Assembly: GCF_963921235.1 (NCBI RefSeq)
Contig: NC_086124.1
Coordinates: forward strand, 28,086,001-28,150,000
From: Mobula hypostoma
Taxonomy: Eukaryota
Direction: 5' to 3'
DNA length: 64,000 bases
The notes beneath the pieces were generated by a model. It had not been told where the DNA came from and ran no database searches. It saw nothing but the letters and a program-made list of their open reading frames with translations. A program made the translations under genes and the position numbers. Numbering within the stretch: the first letter of the stretch is position 1; every line of letters starts with the position of its first letter. This document shows, piece after piece, positions 1 to 12,534 of the stretch.

Positions 1-138
1 CAGCAGACATCGCCGATGCTGGCAAACTACAGTCTTCAAGTCTGGGTTCAAAAACATGTTTCCATATTTCCTGTCTGTGACTCTGCTGGTTTTGCTCCTT
101 GCCCACTGACATGCTTGTGTTTCTTTCAATCCCAATAG

Positions 139-1087
139 TGAACGTGCTGACGGTTGTGGTCCTGTCCCGGGGAAAGTGCGGTCTTTCTAAAGCAGTCACT
201 CGTTACCTGATGGCCATGGCGGCAGCGGATCTCCTGGTTGTTATCTTAGACCTGGTACTGAGGCAGATTCCGATTGTTTATGGGGAAGCGATTAATTTCC
301 TGAGGAACGTCCCCGTGTGTAACGTCCACGCCGTCCTACTTTACGCAGCCAACGACTGTTCCGTCTGGTTCACCGTCATGTTCACCTTTGACAGATTTGT
401 GGCTACACGTTGCCAGAGCCTGAAAGCTAAATACTGCACCGAGAGAACGGCGGCTGTGGTTCTGTGGACTGTGGCCGCCCTGAGCTGTTAAAGAGCATTT
501 TCTGGTATTTTTTGCTCTCAGGACACTACCAGCTTAATAACTTCCCTTGGTTTTGCCACGGAAGAGACGGTGTTCTGTTCTCACTTGCCTGGACAGTAGT
601 CGAGTCTTGCAGCTTCTTTCTGACGCCTGTAATCCCGTTTGTGGTCATTCTGCTGCTCAATGCTTTGACCATCAGACACGTGTTAGTGGCGAGCAGAGCC
701 CGGAGGAGACTCCGGAGTCGCAACAGTGGGAATAGTTCCAAAGACCCGGAAATGGAGAACCGTAGGAATTCGCTCATTTTACTGTCGGTCGTGTCGGCGA
801 ATTTCATCGTGTTATGGGTGTTTTTTGTTGTGCACACTGTGTGGACACGATTATTTATTTTTCAGTCTGCGTACCTGATGTATGCCCTGTTGCTACCGTG
901 GACCACAAGGGAGCTGGGCTACATGCTGCAGCTCCTGAGCTGCTGCACGAACACGGCTCTTTACGCCGTGACGCAGAGGAAGTTCAGGGAGCAGATGAGG
1001 GAGGTGCTGAAAACTCCGTTCACCCGCATCGTGGGTCACATTCATCAACGAGAGGAGCTGAGAAGCAAGCGCCGGCTATCTACCTGA
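139..1087 (+). pseudogene. GPR139/GPR142-like class A GPCR, main coding exon (TM1-TM7) with a 1-nt frameshift at about 489; short exon 1 lies upstream of the window
   Basis: Acceptor cccaatag|TG AAC at 138/139. Reads VNVLTVVVLSRGKCGLSK..YLMAMAAADLLV..C..FTFDRFVA. The frame stops at TGT TAA (486-491) and resumes in the -1 frame as LKSIFW..LTPVIPF..DPEMENRR..LLSCCTNTALYAVTQRKFRE. One extra T restores SC-LKS. Could be a true pseudogene or a sequencing indel. Confidence 0.85.
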
Positions 1088-1134
1088 ACACAGCTGGTCG
1101 ACGGGGTTTTGCGCCGTTAGTGTGGAATTTGATT

Positions 1135-1250
1135 GGTCTACCCGTGACAGTGCGGGTTTCCTCTGGGTGTTCAGATACCCCCAACATTCCAAAGACGTAC
1201 GGGTTAGTAAGTTATTGGTCAATTAGTGTAATTTGGCGACCCGGGCTTGT
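1135..1250 (+). mobile_element. V-SINE (HE1-like) core fragment
   Basis: gggtttcctctgggtgttc..ccaaagacgtacgggttagtaagttattggtc resembles the V-SINE central domain; related copies at 6190, 31865 and 40300. Confidence 0.6.
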
Positions 1251-1298
1251 TAGAATTTCGTTCTGACCCTCGAAATTTTAAACAAAATTCTACGTGTC

Positions 1299-1932
1299 TG
1301 TCCTAATGATATGCTACAAATTGCTGCTCCATTGCTTGACAGATGTTTCACATGGAATGGCAACTGCATTGGGCGCCACGGTATTGCAGCGTTAAGTGCA
1401 AATTTATTACAACTCGGTGTGTTCCAATCAATTCCGTTGCTGGCTCCAAGAAGCTTGTGCGGTCGAGGGGTTCAAATGCAAATGATTAACCTACTAAATT
1501 AATATAATTTAGACAATACAATTAAGAGAACGCTAGTCGGCGAGAAAAGAAGAAGGAAGACGAGTGTGGAGAGAGCTGGTAGACCACCGGACGGAAAGAA
1601 CTGGGAGCGAGGGTCCGAAGGTCGGCCACGCTCGGAGGGGGTCGATGCTTGATAAATGGCCGTATTTGTGAGCTCGAACGTGCACTTTTGACTTTTCCCT
1701 TCGAATGCGCCCTTTGTCTTTTTATTTTCTTTACTAACCCTATATTCAGATTGAGATTAATAAACTTCGATCATTTAATTACACATGGTGTACTGTCTGA
1801 TATTTTGAGGTGCGGATTTGTAACTGGGCAACACGTCACGCAGCATCCACACAAACGAGACTTCTCAGTTTGGCGGGGCCAGAAGTTGTCTTCTCCCAGA
1901 CGAACACGTGCAGGCGGAGCCTAAGGGTTACA
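1299..1932 (+). mobile_element. Solo LTR with 4-bp TSD
   Basis: Termini TGT...ACA flanked by TGTC at 1295-1298 and 1933-1936; attaataaa inside; the 3' part is homologous to 36230-36457. Confidence 0.6.
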
Positions 1933-3529
1933 TGTCAATCTCTCTGTCTGTCGCCTTTACCCCTGCCTCTGCCTTCTCTGCCATCCTCAACCTTTCAATA
2001 CTGCAGTCATGGAGTCACCAAGAAGATTTGAAAGACAAATATTTTTTGAAGGGCAGCAGCAATTTCGTTCCTTCATTCGTAAAGTGTCCTGCGATATGCA
2101 TTATCAAGCCTTTGGTATTTATTCACTATTGTCAAAAGTTCAAAGTAAATTTATTAACAATGTATGTATACAAAATGCAATTCTGAGATTCGGGATTTTT
2201 GCTGACAGGAAGACAATCAAATACAATAAAATACGCGAAAGACCAACGGGCGACAAACACACAATGGGTAAGAGAGGAGATATCGTGCAAATCAATATGA
2301 AGTAAACAAAAATACTGAGAGAATTAGCTACCGAATTTACGAAAGGGAGTCACAGGCTCTGGAGTCGGATTCGCGCTATGGCGAATGAAGTCGGCCGAGG
2401 AACCCAATGACGGGTGAGCAACAATTTTCCCTGAAACGGGTGACGGGGTGTCCAAGACTCCTGCTCTTCCGGCCAGATGGTAGTGAGAAGAGGAGGAGAC
2501 GGGTCAGGCGCAATCTGATGGGACGGGCTCAAGTGGATCATCCTGTGTTGAAATTCAACCAGATATGAAATGTCCCTCTGCAATGTTTGCCCCATTGCTG
2601 AATATAGCTACAAAATATTTAATGAAAGGTTCAACATTTCAGTGTTGATTGTGTATCGCAGGCCGTTTTCACCGTTGAGCAGGAGTCTGAGAATTGCCAT
2701 GATAGAGATATATATCATTGTGGGAAGCATGGATGCGGTGCATAGTCTGTATTTGTTTACCATGATCGGGTTGTCTAAAGCCTGCGAGCAAAGCATTAAG
2801 TTGAGAGTGAGGGTATGGGGATACGGTTTCACACACAATGTCGACGGTATCCCAAATCAGATGCCAGACGTAGTGGCGTCGTTTAGAACAGCAGACGAGG
2901 TATAGAGTCGAGCGAAGCACTACTCCACTGTGGCGCCCAGATGAAGAGGTATCTAATGGGTACCTGAACATGGAGGTGGAAAGGTATTTGCAATTAATGT
3001 AGACAACTAAAATGAGCTCAGGGAAGTATAAAAGTCGGCGATTGGATAAGTGGTCTGTTTGCTTATTGGATGGCTCTGACTCTGAGGCAAAGACCTGCAA
3101 CACCCCTTCCAATCCTTGTATAGATCTTCACTGTCACACCCAGTTTTCCTTGGTTACCATGTTAATCCGAATATATGCACTGTCCTGGAATTTTCGTGCA
3201 TCCCTCCCAACCGTCCGTCCTATATCGCAGAATACCCCGATGATCATTTATATTCATTGAAACCATTTACGCGTTTAACTATATAGCAACACGGTCGCCT
3301 AGAACTCACTTTTATGAATACATAGTCTGAAACTGGTAGATATACTGCAACACATGATTTGGATGTCAACACTGATGCTAATCTAAAGTGTTCAGGTGTC
3401 GGTACGAGGTCAATTCTCTGCTTTGCCAATACTCCGTCTAAGTGATGTATAGACGGACAACTGGACGGCGGTTCATTTGTCCCAGAACCAATGATTTATG
3501 CGCACAAGAGAGTCTGCAGATGATAGGAA

Positions 3530-3830
3530 CTCAGGAGCCAAGGCAACTAAAATGTGAGGGAAACTCAGTAGGTCAGGTAGCATCTGTGAAAATGAATGAA
3601 TATTCCACGTTTCAGGCCGAGATCCTTCGTCGGTATCGGAAAGGAAGGGAAACGGGGTGAAAACCAAAATAAGAAGGAGGAAGGAGCAGAAGGATGTAAG
3701 CTAGAAGGCGACAGGTGAACCTAAACGGGCGAGGGTGGGTGCTGAAGTAGAAGGTTAGGAGGTGATAGGTGCAAGTCTGGAGAAGAATGAATCTGATAGG
3801 AGAGAGAGTGGACAATGGTAGGAAGGGAAA
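3530..3830 (-). mobile_element. Degenerate Penelope-like element 3' tail with decayed hammerhead
   Basis: aactcagtaggtcaggtagcatc..cgtttcaggccgagatccttcgtcgg matches the tails at 7600-7700 and 45740-45840. Confidence 0.6.
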
Positions 3831-5299
3831 GAGGAGGGCATTAAGCGGGGATGATGGGAGTATTTAACCTTTTCACTGGAGAACAATGTATAACATAGAA
3901 GAGTACAGTATAGAAGCATGCCTTTCACTCCACAATGCTCTGTCCAACTGATTATATTACTAACTAAATCGCTAACTAAATTAATTCTAGGGAGGATTCA
4001 TGTAATATACGTAATGCGCAATTAATGCGCAATGTTATATCTCCTGCATATTGCTATGCTCGGGGAAGAGACATCTGAACGCTTATTTCGTATTTGCATC
4101 CATCTTCAGGATGGACAGCACCGTTTCAAGCAATAACTACTGCACCTGCCTGCACCCACGACTCACTAGCCTTCCCTGCCTCTGCCCCCTTCCTTTCCAT
4201 CCTTCCGGAGTTATCGGACAGATGCTGAAGCTGGTGATATAGAAATCTTCGCTCAATATTAACAGGCATTCTTCTGGAGATGCACTCGGTAGATTCTCAC
4301 AAACTCAAGGGTACATCACATTTTATACCCTTAGGATCTAAGATAACAGTTGGTGATCACTACATTCCCTATGCTTACACTGACATTATTGACTTCAATA
4401 CTTTGAGTTGACAATGCCTCCTTAGAATTTCATATCCATAGTGGGAGACACCTCTGAATGTTCGAACACCGCAGCTGGGATAAGCTAATTAACACCAATA
4501 TTTAAAATGTTCTGCAAGCAGGGAGTCAGACGTCCAAGTTTAGCGCTTGTGCGAGCTGACTCTCTGAGCAGACAAATTCGCCTGTAGCCCTTACCATGTC
4601 TGATATACTAAGTGGTAACATCAGCATGGTCTTCCAGCTTCTTTAATCTTGATTGCAATGGTTCTAATTAACTTAGCGCACAGTTGAGATGAGTGATGCA
4701 GGCCAACTACAGCAACACCATTGTCTTCACTCTTAGCTGAAGCAGATACAAAGGTCTGCTGTCACCGTTTTACAAACCATATCTGTGGGTCATAGTATGT
4801 TTTAGCTGCAATTTACTGCTTGCAATTTACAATGTGAACTGAAGACTGGTTCTCGCGTGAATTAATAACTGTCATGTTGACTTAACACCGGAAAATTCCT
4901 GGACATAGGCATCAGTGTGATGAAGAGACTCGTCCTGATACGTCGTCTGTTTACTCCCCCTCTATGAATTGTGCCCGAATTACTGAATTCTCCAACACTC
5001 CCTGTGGACTGAAAAGAAAGACGTGCTTAGAGCATTTTGGAAATAACTCGCACTACAAAACTAACACGACAACAAAGCAGAATTTTATTTTAAGAATTGA
5101 GATTCAAAGAACGTTTAATGTCATCTCTAGAACTGAAGTGTGAAGGTGAACGAAGTTATTGATACTCCCGATCCGATAGACCACAAGTAAATATAATAAT
5201 GCAAAGAACGCAATAGTAAAAAGCAATAAATAAAAATATACAAGACAGTTTATATACATACACCGAATGTATGTCCAGAACTTGACACTGGGCACAGGA

Positions 5300-5935
5300 G
5301 TGTCAGTACATAAGGTGACTGAGAGGAAATGACAGAGTAGTGCTGATGGGGTTGTGAATGGGTGGGTTGGTGGGTGAAAGCGATGATCAGCTTCGGGAAG
5401 GAAACGGCTCTCGAGTCTGGTGGCTTTGGGGAGAGTACTTCGCTGTCTTTTCCCTCATTGCAGTTGGACAAACAGTACATTAGTAGGGTGGGTGGGATCC
5501 TTCATAATCTTCGTTGCCCTTTTCTGGAATGTTTCTCTGCATATGTTCTAGAGGAGTTGAATATGTGCTGCAGTCGTTAGTGAGCTCATGTGCACGTACC
5601 CTGAGTACTTGCCTGAGATGTGGTCAGCTGTGCCCAAATATTATATATTCCATTTCTCCTTGAGCCCATCACCCCTAGAGTGGCATGGGTCACCAACAGC
5701 AGCTCGCCAGAATCCTCTGCGATCAGTATATTGAAACTTAATCGGTCCTTTGGCTTCTGCTTTCTCCTGACGACTTCATGCGTCTTCCAGGCGAAGATCT
5801 GTCCTCTCCCAGAGATGGGCTCTTCGGAGCTTCTGTTGGCGTTTCTGTATCTCTGGATTTTGACAGGATGGTGTTCCGAGACCCATTCCCAATTCTCCTC
5901 CTTTCATAGGTGGCTTGGGACCGTCCGTAGCGGAG
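5300..5935 (-). mobile_element. Degenerate Rex1/Babar- or L2-like LINE RT fragment
   Basis: The minus strand contains a decayed YKYLGV..W..KGQ.RL-type RT C-terminal segment with frameshifts. Confidence 0.35.
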
Positions 5936-6189
5936 GTAATATTATATGTTGCTGATTATATATATATATTGCAACTGTATCGGGGCTTATTCGGTCTGAT
6001 TCTTAAAAGTTGTATATGATCACGCTGTTATCACTCAGAGAGCAGCAGCGTTGCCTATTTTCCGTTTTTCTGTGAAAATCTTCGCTCTCCAGCGCAGTGA
6101 AAGCCGGGCTTTCGCGTCCACGTCTTCCAAGCTATTAGTTCCTTTGTCAGTGGGTCATGCTCTGTGACTTATCGGGGGCGCCATCATAG

Positions 6190-6840
6190 CATAGCGGATA
6201 GCGCGACACTATTACAGGTCGAGGCGTCAGAGTTCGAGGTTCAATCCTGTTCTTGCCATGAACCTGTGGGTTTTCCCTAAGTGCTCTGGTTTCTTACCAC
6301 AATCTTCCGTCCTTGGACTCACTTTACAGCGCACGCTGTCGGAGCACTGCTGTCAGGATAACCAACACACTTTTCGTCCCAGTTCCCTCCGGGAGAAGGC
6401 TCAGGAGCTTGAAGACCCGTAGGGTAATTTTTGGAATAGATTCTTTCCAACTGTGATAAGACTGCTGAACGGATCCTGACGCAGATCTGGGCCGTACCCT
6501 CCAAATTTCTAGACCTGCCTCTCGGTTTTTTTGCACTACCTTACTTTCCCTTTTCTACTTTCTATTTATGATTTATAATTTAGAATTTTACTGTATTTAC
6601 TATCGATTTGTAATACAGGGAGCGTGAAGCGCAGAATCAAATATCGCTGTGATGATTGTACGCTCTAGCATCAATTGTTTGGCGACAATAAAGTAAAGTA
6701 AAAAAGATTGGTCGGTGAATTGGTCGGTGTCATTTGTCCTTGGATTAGGCTAGCGTTCAGTAGTTGGGGTGCTGAGCGGCACGGTTCATTGCTCCGGAAG
6801 GGTCTGTTCTGCGCCGTATCTCTAAATAAAATTAAAAAAA
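6190..6840 (+). mobile_element. V-SINE split by a nested Rex/Babar LINE 3' end (about 6315-6703)
   Basis: SINE head and core at 6190-6310; SINE tail ggaagggtctgttctgcgccgtatctctaaataaaa at 6775-6840. The insert reads PGRRLRSLKTR..FFPTVIRLLN and ends aataaagtaaagtaaa. Confidence 0.6.
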
Positions 6841-7598
6841 CACAGATTTCTAAACACAGGCCTTCGAATTCGATACGTGAGAAACTGGTAACATAATTAA
6901 GGAATAACTCTCGGTATTTCCACTAGACCAAACATCGTTGAAAAGAGGCGAACGGCGCTCGCTTGGCACTTAGACATAAGACGCAGAAGGACATTGGAGT
7001 GGAATATTGTGCAGACGACCATATAGTCATCGGGGAATGCTCTTACATGTAAGGATACCAGGGTCGTATGAGTGGAAGATTTAATCTGACTGTCTCACCC
7101 AGAGTATCAAAGGCTTATGAATAGTGTCCAGGAATGTTTTTTGACACAATAAAACGTGGACTCTCCTAAAAATGGTGCAAATCCTCCCTACGAGATAAGA
7201 CGAGTTACAGAATTGGTAGAATGGCAGCACATTGGCACTAGTGACCATAATTCTATGTATTTACGAAATCCTTAGAAAGAGATGCGAAAGGTCTATAGAT
7301 TAGATCGTTAAACCTGAGTGAGGCTAACTGTGGTGAAACTAGGCAGCATCTAGCAGCGGCCGATTGCTAAGTCTGTTTCAATGGAAGGAAGCGATGAAGA
7401 GATGGGAGGTATTTAAGAGTCAAATAATTGCAGGCAGCAGCAGCCATAACAATAATAAACGACTGCAAATTGCAATAAGAAATGTACTGCACATGTAAAA
7501 TTTAATGAAATAAGTAATGCAGAAAGATATTAAAACAAAGAAAATATGGAGTGAGGTGGGTACACGGGTTTACTGTCCATTCAGATATCTGATGAAGG

Positions 7599-9295
7599 AA
7601 CATACATCAAAGTTGCTGGTGAACGCAGCAGACCAAGCAGTATCTATAGGAAGAGGTGCAGTCGACGTTTCAGGCCGAGACCCTTCGTCAGGACTAACTG
7701 AAGGAAGAGTGAGTAAGGGATTTGAAAGTTGGAGGGGGAGGGGGAGATCCAAAATGATAGGAGAAGACAGGAGGGGGAGGGATAGAGCCGAGAGCTGGAC
7801 AGGTGATAGGCAAAAGGGGATACGAGAGGATCATGGGACAGGAGGTCCGGGAAGAAAGACAAGGGGGGCAAGAGGTATATTCAGAGGGACAGAGGGAGAA
7901 AAAAGAGAGTGAGAGAAAGAATGTGTGCATAAAAATGAGTAACAGATGGGGTACGAGGGGGAGGTGGGGCCTTAGCGGAAGTTAGAGAAGTCGATGTTCA
8001 TGCCATCAGGTTGGAGGCTACCCAGACGGAATATAAGGTGTTGTTCCTCCAACCTGAGTGTGGCTTCATCTTCACAGTATAGGAGGCCGTGGATAGACAT
8101 GTCAGAATGGGAATGGGATGTGGAATTAAAATGTGTGGCCACTGGGAGATCCTGCTTTCTCTGGCGGACAGAGCATAGATGTTCAGCAAAGCGGTCTCCC
8201 AGTCTGCGTCGGGTCTCACCAATATATAAAAGGCCACATCGGGAGCACCGGACGCATTATATCACCCCAGTCGACTCACAGGTGAAGTGATGCCTCACCT
8301 GGAAGGACTGTTTGGGGCCCTGAATGGTGGTAAGGGAGGAAGCGTAAGGGCCTGTGTAGCACTTGTTCCGCTTACATGGATAAGTGCCAGGAGGGAGATC
8401 AGTGGGGAGGGATGGGGGGGGCGAATGGACAAGGGAGTTGTGTAGGGAGCGATCCCTGTGGAATGCAGAGAGAGGGGGGGAGGGAAAGATGTGCTTAGTG
8501 GTGGGATCCCGTTGGAGGTGGCGGAAGTTACGGAGAATAATATGTTGGACCCGAAGGCTGGTGGGGTGGTAGGTGAGGACCAGGGGAACCCTATTCCTAG
8601 TGGGGTGGTGGGAGGATGGAGTGAGAGCAGATGTACGTGAAATGGGGGAGATGCGTTTAAGAGCAGAGTTGATAGTGGAGGAAGGGAAGCCCCTTTCTTT
8701 AAAAAAATGAAGACATCTCCCTCGTCCTAGAATGAAAAGCCTCATCCTGAGAGCAGATGCGGCGGAGACGGAGGAATTGCGAGAAGGGGATGGCGTTTTT
8801 GCAAGAGACAGGGTGAGAAGAGGAATAGTCCGGATAGCTGTGAGAGTCAGTAGGCTTATAGTAGACATCAGTGGATAAGCTGTCTCCAGAGACAGAGACA
8901 GGAAGATCTAGAAAGGGGAGGGAGATGTCGGAAATGGACCAGGTAAACTTGAGGGCAGGGTGAAAGTTGGAGGCAAAGTTAATAAAGTCAACGAGTTCTG
9001 CATGCGTGCAGGAAGCAGCGCCAATGCAGTCGTCGATGCAGCGAAGGAAAAGTGGGGGACAGATACCAGAATAGGCACGGAACATAGATTGTTCCACAAA
9101 CCCAACAAAAAGGCAGGCATAGCTAGGACCCATACGGGTGCCCATAGCTACACCTTTAGTTTGGAGGAAATGGGAGGAGCAAAAGGAGAAATTATTAAGA
9201 GTAAGGACTAATTCCGCTAGACGGAGCAGAGTGGTGGTAGAGGGGAACTGATTAGGTCTGGAATCCAAAAAGAAGCGTAGAGCTTTGAGACCTTC
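7599..9295 (-). mobile_element. Penelope-like retroelement (RT + GIY-YIG), 5'-truncated and frameshifted
   Basis: RT: LAELVLTLNNFSF..QTKGVAMGTRMGPSYACLF..RCIDD. Cys linker PCKRNKC. GIY-YIG region VIYCVRCSRCGLLYIGETRRRLGDRFAEH; ends DFSNFR* at about 7972, followed by a pyrimidine-rich 3' tail. Confidence 0.9.
7659..7696 (-). ncRNA. Minimal type I hammerhead ribozyme in the PLE tail
   Basis: Minus strand UAGUC-CUGACGA-AGG GUCUCGG CCU-GAAA-CGUC-GACUG: intact core, stem I (5 bp including a U.G pair), stem II (3 bp), palindromic ACGU stem III, GUC cleavage triplet. Confidence 0.8.
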
Positions 9296-9344
9296 TGATG
9301 AAGGAGGTTAGATTCCTTTCATAAAAATGAGAGCGGGTCGTCAG

Positions 9345-9700
9345 GCTCCTGTGACGCATCTCTGATCGGAGCAATGAGAAGAGCGCATTTCCTGGGTGAT
9401 CGAGGCCTTTCATGACGTGTGCCTCCTTCATGAAGTTGTCCTCGATGCTGGGGTGCCTCGTGCCCATGATGGAGCTGGCCGAGGGCACACATTTCTGCAG
9501 GTTTTTTCCCAGTTCTGCAGTGATGCCCCGTCCCATACCAGATACCAGACGATGATGTAACCAGTTCGAATGGTCTCCACGGTACATGTATAGAGACTTG
9601 CGAGTCTTTGATGACATGCCACGTCGCTTCAAACTCTAAATGAAATCTACTCGCTGTTGCGCCTTCCTTGTAACTGCATGAATTGGTTGGTGAAGTGCGA
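9345..9700 (-). mobile_element. Rex/Babar-type LINE 3' fragment
   Basis: Minus strand: LYTCTVETIRTGYIIVWY..LQKCVPSASSIMG..LDHPGNALFSLLRS. Confidence 0.55.
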
Positions 9701-12106
9701 TTATGGCCCGTTTAGGGAAACGTTACTGACGAGAGACAATGAAACTCACCTAAAGAATAATAACAAAACAAACATCGAGCTGAGGAGTTCGGTGATGAAT
9801 CCCTTCACGACGATGAAGATTTCTCTTGACGGAGAAACCAGAAGGTAAAGGGGAGATCCGCCCATGGACCCGGCAGCCACGCCTGATATTCCATAGCGAT
9901 ATTGGGAGTAGAGGTGCATCGGGAAAGTTCAAAGCTAAGATGAATTTGTTTTCAATGTAGACGCAGTATACGTCGCCATAAACAACCTTTGATATTCGTT
10001 TTCATGCGGACATACAAAGTAAATTCAAGAAACGTACCAGAATCAATGAATGGCCGCACCAAGCAGGACGAACAAACAACTGATGTGCAAAACACAACAA
10101 ACTGTGCAAAGAAAAAAGAAAATAATCATCATCATCATCTTCATCTTCATCATGATGCCCAATAAACGCACGCCTGTACCCAGAGAGGGCAGTGCTCTGG
10201 TCATCGTCTCCACTCCATGTTATGGGCGACTGAAACTAAAAGTTCGCTGTAGGTGTAAAAAGTAAAACCGTTTCGCTGTAGAAGTGGGGAGATATTTACG
10301 GAATTACAGTGGTACGGCCTCTGCCTGGGGATCACCAGTCAAAGACCAGAGGTGGCGCTGGGCATAGCAGTAAGCGAACCGCTGGACGTGTATGCTGAGT
10401 AGCCGGTCAGACACGGGGAAACCCGAAAAAGATATTCAAAGTAGCCCTTCAGCATCACAGGCTGCGACTGCAGCAAGCCCGCTTACAACTGAGACCACTC
10501 ACGCAGATAAGGGAAGAAAGAGACGCACTCGGAATTCCCCAACAGAGTAAGAACAGGAACCAAACTCAGTCACTATTTTTAAAGGTCTATTGAAGACGCA
10601 AATGATTTGAATGATTAACTGACCAAGTCAGATAATTGGGATACAATGTGACTTTGCGAAAGGTTTAATTACATGCCTTTGACATGACTAGCTCTGGACC
10701 TCCTTTCGTTCTCGGGTAACCTCCGTCCAGGACCCAGCTACTAAATCCCGTGTATAAAACTCGGATTGAGAAACCGGCAGTGTGCATTTCAGATCCAAAT
10801 ACCCTCAAACATCACCACCAGCAACAGTCTGGTGGTGATAGCTCTCTCTCTCTCTCTCTGCCCCCCCCCCACCCCTTTCTCTTTCTCTAACTCCGTCTTT
10901 TAACAATGAGCGAGAGACTTTGAGTCTGTTGGTCCTCGAGTTGGGCACCTTGGGGAAGCAACGCGGAAGATTACAATATCGGGACAGCGAGCGGCCGGTC
11001 TCCCGCTATCGGGGTCGCAGGAGCAACTTTCTCCTGCACGCTGGCCTGAGATACTAAATGCTGGGATTTGCTCTGTAGTTTCTGATCGACTGTTTGGAGA
11101 ATGAATTTTTCGATAGCATTTTTTCATGCACAGTTTTTTTAGTGCTGTAGCAGTACTGATTAAACTATCGAATTTATTCTGTGTTTCATTTAAATACAGA
11201 ATCTCTTACTCAGTTAAACGGTAGTTTACTTTTTTTATATACCTTTTAGACTATTTCCATGAAAATGCCAACTGGGGCAACCACATAACTGGGCCAGACT
11301 GAAGTGGTTCCGATTTGTCCCCCTTAACAGGAATCTACTCTATATATATCATGTTTAAATCGTACAGACAGAGCACACCACCGTTGTAATGCGTGCTTCT
11401 TGGAGTTATTGTCGACAACCTGTCAGCTTGAAGCAGTCTGGCAATTCTCCTCTCACATGTCTCATTAACAAGGCGCTGCCGCCTATTGGATGTTTACTGT
11501 TTGTGTTTTTCTTTTCTAACCATTCTCTGCACACACTGGAGACTGTCGTGCGTGAAAATCCTATCAGATCACCAGTATCTAATGGACACCATGGGAGAAC
11601 ACCCGGGGTCACAAGAAGAACGTGAAACTGGAAAGATGGGGAATAATTCAGAATTAAACCAAAAGCGCTAAACGAGAGACGCTCTCCGAGTGATCTCCCC
11701 GCAGTAGCTAATACGGAGGTGCGGACGTAACAAATGTACAGGGAACTCAACGCCGCTCACATGTTGCTTTCACTCTCCCGCATTTTTGTACAAGCCCAGG
11801 ATAGCCATGCGATTTATTGTTAAATATATGTTAGCTGCACTGGTAAATCCGTGTGCAAACTCGAAAACACTTTTAATGACCGTATGACATTAAGAATCAG
11901 GCTAAGTTGTTTTCACCACGGTCAGTACTTAGAAATAATGAGTTTGTTGACACGGCAGCAAGGATGAGTAATTAACGACAGAGCCTTATCAAGGGAATCG
12001 CAATCCCATTATAAACCCGGATCCTTTACAAAGCATCGTGTCAGAGTACCGGTCTATGCCGTCGCTGACAGTGCATAGAAATTCACCGCTTCTCTGAGTT
12101 AAGGGA

Positions 12107-12170
12107 ATGCCAATAACTTTACGCGTCCAAAGTAATTATTGTCCCGTGATTTCGGCGGTTGGAGTTCCCA
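12107..12170 (+). pseudogene. Exon 1 of a second GPR139-like gene
   Basis: ATG CCA ATA..MPITLRVQSNYCPVISAVGVP + A|gtaagt. The 64-nt phase-1 exon ends in the family's Y.P...VGVP motif and matches the phase-1 acceptor type seen at 139. Confidence 0.65.
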
Positions 12171-12534
12171 GTAAGTTGCTGACACGATATCCATTTACAG
12201 CTCAGGGTTAACTACGTGGGAGAACGGATTTCTTTCCGGGAGTTGGCTTTTTGTCGTCATCGTCTGTTATCTTACAGAGGTTTCCTGCGGAACAGTGCTC
12301 CTTGTAGAAGTTACATTTCATGCCATATTCTACTTCAAATCCAACCCTGGCATTGAAAGCGTTTTGTTCTCTGCAAAGGATGAACTGTCCCGAAGTGTTT
12401 GGGAAAAGAGATGAAAACGTGGCATCCGGACCTGAACCTGAAATAGTTTTTCTTTTCAGCTTGTCCTACTAAGCCTTTCTGGCATTCGGGATGTTTTCTC
12501 TTTTTTAATGTCTGTAGTGGGCTGTTGCACGGTT

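Noticed and set aside
9700-9930. Minus-strand hydrophobic ORF ending at tttag|gtgagt
   Set aside because: No recognisable family and no linked exons.
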